Positions 54,106-64,000 of a stretch of 64,000 nucleotides of DNA are shown here, in pieces. The first letter of the stretch is position 1; each line of letters starts with the position of its first letter. This DNA comes from a bacterium (GTDB lineage Bacteria > UBA8248): positions 128,001 to 192,000 of the forward strand of contig CBDBZY010000064.1 of NCBI GenBank assembly GCA_965213685.1. Direction: 5' to 3'. The position numbers and the translations under genes are program-made. Under the pieces are notes generated by a model. The model made no database searches. It was not told the DNA's origin and saw only the letters and a list, made by a program, of their open reading frames with translations.

Positions 54106-54859
54106 TGACCTTACCTTAGAGTGAATTATATTCTGGTTGTTTCCATGGACTGTATTAATTTTTGTTATTAATTACGTGTATTTACACTAATACTATCAGC
54201 TACATTTGTAAGTTTCAGAAAACACATATAGGTCAACGCTAATATGAAAAAAGTAATATACAAAGAAGGCAGAAGGTAAAGTGATAGAGTACAAATCTCT
54301 GCTCCACACTGTGACCCATAACTGATGCCAGACTAATGATCTCACTTCCTCAACCTGTGGAATGTGAGTGTAAAGTGCATTTGTAGGGCTTATTGTCCTT
54401 TCTCCTTTCTTGTGACTTTTCTCTCATTTCTACAGGCTATTTTCATCCGTAATCTAGCTATCTGGATTTGTTCATTCCAATCTTTGTTCTTAATATATAC
54501 TCTCATATGCATGCTCCATGACACTGAAAATATCTTCAATTATATATAGCTGTCAAGATAGCACATCTTTTGATGGGCAGCTCTCGACTTTATTGTGAAC
54601 AAATCCAGCTCTCATTGGTGTTGCATTCACATTTACTTTCTCACTCCTCTTTGATGGGATGTTGGTAGTTTTCCTGTGGTGTAACTTTCCTTTTTCTTTT
54701 CTATAGATTTAGACAAATCCACAGTATTATATACATTATGTGAATATAATAATTATTATTATTATAATTGTTATAATCATGAGACATCACTTTCGATGAC
54801 CATTGTGTAGTTATTATTGCATGATGTTCACATAGGTATAGGTTACATATGGTACCATA

Positions 54860-55171
54860 GACATCAAAATTGGCAGTGACCCCCTTGTGGGTGCTAAGAT
54901 GACCACAGGTGCTACATGCCTGGACACCTGGCATGTTAAGGTAACACCCCAGGTATGAGTGTCACAGTGTTGCTGTAACCACCAGGGTGTTCCAAAAGCA
55001 CTCCTAGCTTTGACACCTGAAATCAAGGTGCTGAGACAGCACAAGGGGTGCTCCATTAGCACCCCATTGGTGTTATCTTGACATTGGAGTGTTGTGGGAA
55101 CACTTAGGTGTCTGCATGACACACAGAAATTTGACACCCTGGTGCTCTGATGACACCCCATTTTTAGAGTG
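54860..55171. mobile_element. Right end of a CMC/EnSpm-like element
   Basis: Clustered GACACC/GGTG sub-terminal motifs ending in CATTTTTAGAGTG followed by TA. Confidence 0.6.
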
Positions 55172-55507
55172 TAGGCAACCGATCAATATACAACTGACCA
55201 CTCACACTGCCACGCTCAACTGAGATATATGAACCATTGCGATCACTCTCAATTCTAGGCAATAACAACGAACCCGTCTGAGACATAGCCATCCAACAAC
55301 AACACAGGGCTCACTTCGCACGTGCAGCATGCGTTAATAGGTCCACCATGGGAGACGACAGGACAGTAGAAACCCACGCGAACGGACGGACACGGAGACA
55401 GAGATGATGACTGACTTCCTCGAGTTTGCTGGACGAAGGGCGAGAGTCGGCCGCGACAGTAGACAGCCACACTAAGACCAAGCACTTTAGCAATATCTTA
55501 CACATTG

Positions 55508-55883
55508 TACCGTAGATCGGTCATTGTTAAAATATTTTCGTCTGTGTCTCTAACGACAGAAATTGAACGCGCGAAATATTTCCACGTAATACACGCGAAA
55601 TGTTTTCCACATAGATCGTGAAACACTTCAGCGTGTACACGTGTGCAGAAATGGCTTTGTTGAGGTATATGAAACCAATCCGTTCTTTACCTGATCTTAG
55701 ATGAGACTCAATCCGTGTATGCAAGTGTACAAAGTCCGTAAAACGCCGCCTTAAATATAATTTTGTCGCGTTTAAAATTTCGTCATTTTGTCGGTGTGCT
55801 GCATGGAGCGACCAAAGTAAATTAACGCGAAAATATTTAACAGACGAAAGTTTCCACCGCTGATAATTTCCTGATCTACGGTA
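55508..55883. mobile_element. Tc1/mariner-type MITE
   Basis: TACCGTAGATC / GATCTACGGTA ends including the TA TSD. Confidence 0.65.
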
Positions 55884-55898
55884 TATAGTGTGTCAGAT

Positions 55899-56210
55899 CA
55901 GGGGCGTAAGAAGATGCTTTCGATGGGGGGCTGACCTTGTGGGCGGCCCAACCTATACCTGGGGGCATGTCTCCCCAGGAAATCACTTCAATGTGCACGC
56001 TCTGAAATCAGTTCTAGTGCATTCTGAGACAAACCCATGTTATGAAAGCAAACTAGACAGCTACAGCTACTAAAAGTTTCAGCTAAAGCAGCGAATATCT
56101 ATAGCAGCATGCATGACAGTATCTATTACTAGTGCAGTAACTGGGGGTGTGGCCTTTACACACACATGGGGGGCTGTAGCCCCCCAGCCCCCCTGCTTCT
56201 TACGCATTCT
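55899..56210. mobile_element. hAT-like MITE
   Basis: CAGGGGCGTAAGAAG start, CTTCTTACGC end, internal GGGGGCT/AGCCCCC. Confidence 0.55.
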
Positions 56211-56242
56211 TGCAGATGTAGTACGAACAAAGATGCGGCAAC

Positions 56243-57250
56243 TAACCCTCTGCGTGCATGCGCAGCGAGGGTTACGGTAGTTACCCTCGGCGCGCATTCG
56301 CCAGGTATTACTGCCTCCGTTTGTGTTTGTCCGCGGGAGCTAATCTGTGGACTGGCGCTAGTACACGTCTAACGGAAGGCACTAGCGGCTTGTGCGGCAC
56401 ATTTTGAAAAGGCGTTATCTCTAACTGCTTCGTTCGAAAGTTAGAAGCATAATCACGGAGTGCGGTAGCACTCTGTATATATAGGGATTGCCCATGTCAC
56501 TCGGCATTAACCATTTTCACTATGCACTTCAGATTTCACATTGAGGAGATTAGTGTTAAGAATAGGTGAAAAGGAAACTGTAGTCAGAAACTGGTGAAAT
56601 GAAAAGCACTAAAGTGTAAACCCTCGGCGCAGTTACATTGCATGCTACAACAGACTGCACAGATGATGCAAGCATTGTTGGTTTAGGTCCACTCAATTGG
56701 GCTATAGTCTAGTGTCGTGCCTTGTCTTGTCTAGGATATGTATTTTCTTTCATTTGACGCAAGTAATTAGACAGCTCCTGGATATTGCATAATGGAGCAT
56801 GCGCAGCGAGGGTTGCGGTAGTTACCCTCGGCGCGCATTCGCCAGGTATCACTGCCTCTGTTTGTGTTTGTCCGCGGGAGCTAATCTGTGGACTGGCGCT
56901 AGTACACGTCTAACGGAAGGCACTAGCGGCTTCAGCGGCACATTTTTGAAAGGGCGTTATCTCTAAAACTGCTTCGTTCGAAAGTTAGAAGCATTATGAC
57001 GGAGTGCGGTAGCACTCTGTATATATATATATAGGGATTGCCCAGATCACTCGGCATCAACCCTGTACATTTGAAAATTCGAGTTTTCATTTTCACTATG
57101 CACTTCACACTTCACATTGAGGAGATTAGTGTTAAGAATAGGAACTGTAGTCAGAAACTGGTGAAAATATACGAGATATTGGCAGTATAATTATTGTAAT
57201 TCTTCTCTTTCTTATTCAGGTTGAAGAAACGAAACCCAACAACCATAATA
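56243..57250 (+). repeat. Tandem duplication of a hairpin-headed repeat (possibly Helentron/HINE-like); tail related to 29333-29565
   Basis: 56256-56600 repeated at 56798-57165; 5' hairpin TAACCCTC...GAGGGTTA. Confidence 0.6.
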
Positions 57251-58025
57251 TCGGTTCACCAAAATGGCTGCGTAATGAGGATCTGAGTGCATTGTGAACT
57301 TATTGCTGGGTCCAGGCTCGGTGCCCGAACAGAAGTTATTCTTTCCTTTCTTTCCTTCTTCACCTGTATCAGCAGAGTATTTCGTACCATACCATCTCCA
57401 GGTGAACTAAGACTTCCAAATATTATCTGGACAGTAAGTCCTCCCATCTCGGCTCCTCCTCTGATAGGAAGGTGTTCCGATTGTCCCCTAAAGTGGTTCT
57501 GACAGCACAAGATTTGGGGGGTCTGCCAGTGTGATGCTGGCAGATTCGACAATGACCACTGGTAGTACTTAGGAAAGAATAGGGAGATAAACTTTTGTCC
57601 TGGGTAATGGCCTGGTGCTTAGTGTACTGGACTCCCAGTCTCTGTGTCCAGGTTTGGTGCTCGGACAGAAGTTTACCTTTCCTTTCTTTCCTTCATCAGC
57701 TGTGTCAGCAGAGTAATTCTTAGACTATGGTTATTCAGCCACGTATCGTTCTCTCAACCCCTGGCACTGAACAGATGTGAAGAAAATTTGTGTAAAATTC
57801 TTACAAATTATGCATATGAGTCATAGAGTAGATGACAATTCTTTGGTCTAGTTACGACCTCCCATTATGGGTCATTTACCCATCACATATCAAGCTCCTG
57901 CCATAGCACACACTCTAGTTACTCTGGAGACATCCTACACCTTGTGCACATGCATCCCATCTCAAGAATATATTGCAGAGTGGGAGTGACATGGCATCAT
58001 TCAGCTGCAACTGAGATATATATAA

Positions 58026-58389
58026 AAGTATGAAAAACATTTTCCAAAAATGTAGAGGGATGTAGGGATGGCAGTGCCAAAAACCACAGAAACTAGGTGT
58101 AGAGATGGCAGTGTACAGGCAAGACAGGATATAAAAAGACTACACAAGCAACCCCATCCCTACATCTTTCTTTTTCCTTGAAATTGTTCTGTGAGTTTAG
58201 CTATGACAATTCTGGGAACATCCATGCCATGCGGTGAGAAAAAAGAAAGATGTAGGGATGGGGTTACTTGTGTAGTCTTTTTATATCCTGTCTTGCCTGT
58301 ACACTGCCATCTCTACACCTAGTTTCTGTGGTTTTTGGCACTGCCATCCCTACATCCCTCTACATTTTTGGAAAATGTTTTTCATACTT
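58026..58389. repeat. Near-perfect long hairpin of the TAGGGATG family
   Basis: Arms of about 140 bp, AAGTATGAAAAACATTTTCC... / ...GGAAAATGTTTTTCATACTT. Confidence 0.9.
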
Positions 58390-59368
58390 GTTTGTGTACT
58401 TTTTCTTGTACAATAGTACACAAAATGTTCTTACAAGTTTCATTCAAAATCCAACAAACATATCAGTGATCAGAGCAGCCATTGCTACTAGTCAGCGGCG
58501 GAGATACGAGTGGGTAAACCTCGTGATCTGTCACTTACGAAGTTGGGAGCCTGGCTGAGCCCCTCTAAAAAGTCCTGAGCTAGAGTAGTTTCCTCAGCGT
58601 ATCTGAGTAGCTAACTCATACCAGTTACATTAGCGTTCGTTGTACAATCGTACGGCGAAGTAAGAACGCGCTCTTTTCAGTGACAAAAGACGAGTAGCCT
58701 TGGCCATCGAGAAATTAATAGGCGTGGCTTCGCGAGGCCCGCCCTCACGTGCTTATAATTTGCGCCACGTGACAATAATTATTAGAAAATGGCTTCCAAA
58801 TATGGTAAAGTTGTCTGGGGTTCTAGATTCTGCCCATAGTAGAGAAGATACTAACATTTTGTTAGCAGAGATCATACTTCGTAGTGATTACAGTAGATCT
58901 GTGAAAGAACTATGGTGATTACTTCAGCCACTTTCGAGTAAAGTCGTTTGAAAGAAATCTCGTAAGAAGAAGAAGAAGAAGAAGAATAAGAAAGAAAAAC
59001 AAAATCACCTTTCGTCCATTATCTGGCAGTAAGTCAAGGAATGCATTCTAGCTACTTGTGGGGTATCGTTGGGTAGAGAAGCGGTCGAATAGGCCATTCG
59101 CGTGCCGAGAAAGGCTTAAAACGCGAGTATTCGCGAGTTAAGAAGGCTTTCCAATGTACGCGCACTATGGGAGTGTCGGCGCCATCCCTACATAGAGAGT
59201 CTACCGACTCTCTGGTATATTCATACCAAGGTTAAAACTAACCATCCTTCCTATCATGTTAAGGGAGAGCTATACGTATGATATGCATATGCAGCAGGCG
59301 GTATGTTCAACACTGGACATTTGAATAAGTACCTCACATCAAAGTATACATAAAGGCACAATAATTAT

Positions 59369-61069
59369 CTAAAACCTTCTATGACAGTTACATTTACTAT
59401 CAACCACTTTTGATGGCCTTCTATCATGTATGGATATGCAACCTATGTCTGTAGCACTTTTGTTTACCGACTGAACAAAGTCTTTTAGCTCTTGTTTCAA
59501 CACTGGTACAAGGTCAGTGTGCTGGTCAGATATATCAGTTGTTTCTTTAGGATCAGCTACCACATCATAAAGATTGACACTCTGTATGTTTCCTTTATTG
59601 TACTTAACAACAAGTTTTTGTGAGTCTCGTAATACTGCACCATAGAAAGATGAGTATAAATCTCCCTTTTTAATGTGAAAGGCAAAAGCAATTGAGCCAT
59701 TGCGATGATTGACATCTCCTTTGAGAAATGGCAGAATAGAGACACCGTCTATTGGTCGATCTTGAGGAGGATCAATGCCAAGGATATCACACACAGTCGG
59801 TAGCAGGTCATTTGTCACCACAGGATAATCGGACTTTCGATTGGCTTTAATCACTGCTGGCCATTCTAATATTGCAGGCACTCGAATACCACCTTCAAAC
59901 ACTGTCCCTTTCTCTCCTCTCAAACCAGCTGTAGAGCCTGGAGTGCCTTTCTGTGGGCCATTGTCACTTGAGAACCACACAAATGTGTTGTTCTTAATGC
60001 CATATGTTTCCAGTAAACGTCTGACTCTCCCTATTGCTTGGTCCAGTTGCGATATAGCTCCATAGTAATGGGTAACATATCCTGAGTAACCTTGTTTTCT
60101 GTACATAGTGTAGTAGGGATCAAGAGCATAGTACCGGTAATGCACGTCATGAAATGCAAGTATAACAAAAAAGGGATTTTCACTAGAATGCGATTCTTGA
60201 AGATATTTCTCAAACATGTCCACAATAAAATCTGAATCTCCAATTATGGAGTCGTTGTAGGCTTGCAATTTTTCTGACTCCTTATCCATGTAGTGATAGG
60301 CTTTGCAGGCGTCTTGTCCATAGAATCTCTTCTGAACAGTGCAACTGAAGTGTTTTGAGCATCGGCAGTTTGGTGCCACTGAGGATGTGTCTCTTTCAGT
60401 TACTAACCACTGGTCAAAACCATGCATGCCAGGATGGGACACAGGCCACTTCTTGTTACCCCCTTCAATAACTTTCAAATCACCAACATGCCATTTCCCA
60501 AATATGGCAGTTTTGTAGCCTTCATTCTTCAGAAGTTCAGGCAGTGTTACTTCAGAGGTAGGTAGAGGCATAGAACAGGGGCATTTGCCATCATTACATG
60601 GATTACCCAGATCTGCGTGCCAGATACAGTATCGATTGTGGTTACGTCCTGTCAATAGAGTGCCTCTGGTTGGTGAGCAAACGGGACCTCCCGAATAAAA
60701 CCTCGTTAGGAGGACACTGTTTGGTCCTCGGGCCATTTGGTTGAGATTTGGTGTCTTAGCCTTTCCTCCATTATACTCCACGTCACCATAGCCCAGGTCA
60801 TCAGCCAATAAGTACAGAATATTTGGATGTTGCAATGGATTCTTGTGTCTGTTAAGTTGTGAATTTTTGTCCTCTATAGGAAATCTAAATTGTTTCTCCA
60901 CATTAGCTGATGTCATACTTGTGTTTGAAATCTTGTCTTCCTTACTGTCTACTCTTTTCATTGGAGTAACGCCATTGACATCTCCTAGTGCGCTGTACAA
61001 CACAGATACTAAGATACTCACCAACACTGCCGCTACTACTATTGCCACTCTGAAATCTCCCACTTTCAT
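59369..61069 (-). CDS. Sulfatase copy 4 (type B), 566 aa, intronless
   Basis: Uninterrupted ORF with all S1 sulfatase motifs and a signal anchor. Confidence 0.93.
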   Translation of the reverse strand: MKVGDFRVAIVVAAVLVSILVSVLYSALGDVNGVTPMKRVDSKEDKISNTSMTSANVEKQFRFPIEDKNSQLNRHKNPLQHPNILYLLADDLGYGDVEYNGGKAKTPNLNQMARGPNSVLLTRFYSGGPVCSPTRGTLLTGRNHNRYCIWHADLGNPCNDGKCPCSMPLPTSEVTLPELLKNEGYKTAIFGKWHVGDLKVIEGGNKKWPVSHPGMHGFDQWLVTERDTSSVAPNCRCSKHFSCTVQKRFYGQDACKAYHYMDKESEKLQAYNDSIIGDSDFIVDMFEKYLQESHSSENPFFVILAFHDVHYRYYALDPYYTMYRKQGYSGYVTHYYGAISQLDQAIGRVRRLLETYGIKNNTFVWFSSDNGPQKGTPGSTAGLRGEKGTVFEGGIRVPAILEWPAVIKANRKSDYPVVTNDLLPTVCDILGIDPPQDRPIDGVSILPFLKGDVNHRNGSIAFAFHIKKGDLYSSFYGAVLRDSQKLVVKYNKGNIQSVNLYDVVADPKETTDISDQHTDLVPVLKQELKDFVQSVNKSATDIGCISIHDRRPSKVVDSKCNCHRRF

Positions 61070-61377
61070 AGTTTGGTGAGGAGACACACTTGCAGCTGTA
61101 GTACAGAAGGAAGGAACAATGGTAGGAAGTGATCTCTCTACATAAGCAGGGTATACATATACACAAACACAGCCTTGCTGTGGGCCGTGTATAAGCACAA
61201 GACATACACGCCCACTGCAAAAATTCCATGGCTATTTTAACCATGGTTTTCTCAGTTGCACATTTGTTTAACACTGGACACTGCAAATATGCAGGAAATT
61301 CATCTTAAGAAGTGTGGGAGGATTGAGAAACTAAATGACAGGTTTTAGTTCATTAAGCATGACATACATTGTACATG

Positions 61378-62251
61378 AAAATTCATACTTATAGCACACC
61401 ACAATCCTAGGGACTGCAAGAAAGAAAGAGGGCTAACAAATGGCTACTAGGGCTACGGTAGGGCAGGGCTAACAAGACACAAAAGACAACACAAGTACAC
61501 CACCAAGTCACAACAATCCACAACCACACAACAACAAAGTTAAGCCCTAACAGAAAGGTTGCAGGGGCCAGAATTTAAAAAAACTTAGCAATAGAAAGTT
61601 TAAAAAACGCAAGGCCCAAAAAGTTAAAAAATGTGTAGCAGTAGAAAGGTTAAAAAGAAGGGACCAAAAGTTTAAAAATGTAGCAGTAGAAAGGTTAAAA
61701 AGAAGGGGCCAAAAGTTAAAAACTTTAAAATAGAGTTAAAAACATTGTTCATAAGTTAAAAACATTAGTGGAAAGGTTAAAAACTTATTAGCAAAGGGTA
61801 AGCTTAAAATGAGACAATGTGGACACTAGAAGCCTTGCCTTGAGAGCAAGGTTTGGTGGGTTAAAGATCTTTTATAGCCGACTAACTCTCCCCACTCTTC
61901 CAGTGTCCACACAAGGCAAACACACACACACACACCCATACACAACAATAACAACAGCTAACATACCTTATCAAAAGACAGTCCATACACTCAAACCGAA
62001 TATAGGAACTACTCACAAGAATGAAAGGATAGTAGAAAGTCCACAGATACAGTAGCCACAGATGGCATTTGGCTAACAATGGGTTTGCAACTATGTATTC
62101 CTTTGGGTAACATGTTTCGTCAGGCGACTAAGGCCACAAACTGGCAGGCAAATACCTACAAAAACATGCTGCTTCAAAGTTGCATTAAACTTAGAAAAGA
62201 TACTTTGATGTTTCTGTGAAAACTACATGTACAATGTACAGAAATACAAAA
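61378..62251. mobile_element. Copy-4-specific insertion of about 870 bp, probably a retroposed non-coding 3' end
   Basis: 14-bp TSD ATACA(T/A)TGTACATG; empty site at about 34067-34080; internal A-rich sub-repeats. Confidence 0.7.
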
Positions 62252-64000
62252 ATACAATGTACATGTAATTGTAAGCATCCATAATGGACTGTAGCTACAG
62301 TGTCATGGCCAGGCCTTGCGAGAGCTCAGTATGTAGAACAGCTACACTTAGTGAGACTAGAAGACTTTGATAATACTTACAGTGAGTCAGATTAGCTTTG
62401 TGGCCTGCTGTCGAGTGTGTCCAATTTTGGGTGTATACAGTACTTCATTAAGTCTGTACACACATACACACAGCTAATAGCACGAAAGCAACTAGATGCT
62501 TTGAACTTTTTAAAAAGCATTATACACAATGCGTTCATATATTTGACTATTAAACGGTCACTACAAATGCGAGTACTCTTGGTTTAATCTATTTCATTTT
62601 TGCATGGACTCTATTTGCCTTACATTTTCACTACATTTCACGTCTGTAGTTATTCTGATGTCATATTGTTTGGGTTGAAGTTGTCACCACACTAGTAGTG
62701 GTATGTTGTTCAACTTCATTTTAATTGAGTTGTGAGAAATCATATTAGTATGTTTGACAAAATACCACAGTTTTTGGATAAGTAGTATGTTGTGCTGCAA
62801 GTTGTGTGTTGATCGTTGAACTAAATTCTAGAAACATGTTTGAAAGATGTAGGGACGGCTGTGCCAAAAACCACAGAAACTAGGTGTAGGGATGGCAGTG
62901 TGCAGGCAAGACATGTTATACAAAGACTACACAAGTAACCCCATCCCTACATCATTTTTTATGCCTGATAGGATTTTGCTGGCTATGCATGCCATTAGGT
63001 ATTGAGAACAGCAGTTTGAAGCAAAAAATGTAGGGATGGGGTTACTTGTGTAGTCTTTGTATAACATGTCTTGCCTGCACATCCCTACACCTAGTTTCTG
63101 TGGTTTTTGGCACAGCCATCCCTACATCTTTCAACATTTAAAAAAATGTTTTTAATACTTGTTTGTATCCTTTTTCCTGGCAATAGTTCACTAAAATGTA
63201 TTCTGTTCTTGCAAGCTTCTTTCAGAATCCCTCGAACAAATCATAACAGCCACTGCTACCCATCAGGAACAGGGTAGAAAGGGGCTTAACCGGAAGGAGC
63301 TTGACCACCATCACGCCATTTTGAAGTTGGGGGGCTGAGCCCCTCCAAAAAGTCCTGAGCTAGAGTGACTACTTCACTACATGTATCTAACTGGCTAACT
63401 CATACCCGCTACATTAACGTTTTTGTACAATAGAAAGACGCTGCTCAAACCTCTCTCAAATCAGCGACAACGCCAGCCTAAAATTAATAGGCGTGGCTTC
63501 GCGAGGCCGTTCTCGCTAGGTGCAGAGAAAAAGCCACACCCGAAATTACAGGTCCAACCCTTACGTCACTGTGGTGCTGTAATTCAAGGGAAGGAATGTT
63601 GTGAAGACGAAGAGGAATACAATTGACCTTATGCAGTGAAATGAATACACTAAGTCTCTTGAACAGAGATCCAGTTACAGTGACAGTTGAATAATCACTG
63701 ACCAGGTGAAAAAGGCGTCCAGCGTGAGAGTAGAACCAAGGTGTGGTGACAGCAAGCAAGAACTCGATGCTACACTCTTAGCATGCTAGCAGCCCTTAGG
63801 AGTAGGCTGGACCCTGCCATGTTTACCGTCTCTTTCGATACTCTTAGCCATCCTCATTTAGTACATGAAATAACATGTGCATGGCACACCAGCTAGAAAG
63901 AGTCAAAGAAAGTTAAAAGAAAGGTGAATTAAGGCCATAACCCCCTATACGTATACATGTAACACAATGAGCACAAGACACCTGGATGCCCAGCCTTGAG

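Overview
Eukaryotic, repeat-dense DNA, most likely animal. The repeat families resemble those of sponges or other non-bilaterians, which is an inference. The only host genes I can support are four intronless, minus-strand copies of a formylglycine-type (S1) sulfatase with an N-terminal membrane anchor. They lie in a head-to-tail segmental array at about 3.8-5.5, 16.6-18.3, 32.1-33.8 and 59.4-61.1 kb; copy 1 carries two nonsense codons. The copies are nearly identical, but three separated loop segments co-vary and define two types that alternate A-B-A-B. The spacers hold decayed LINEs, tRNA-derived repeats and nested non-autonomous DNA transposons (CMC/EnSpm-, Kolobok-, Academ-, MULE-, hAT-, Sola-, P- and TcMar-like), many datable against empty paralogous sites in this window. 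Superfamily assignments rest on termini, target-site duplications (TSDs) and recognised motifs, not on database searches.
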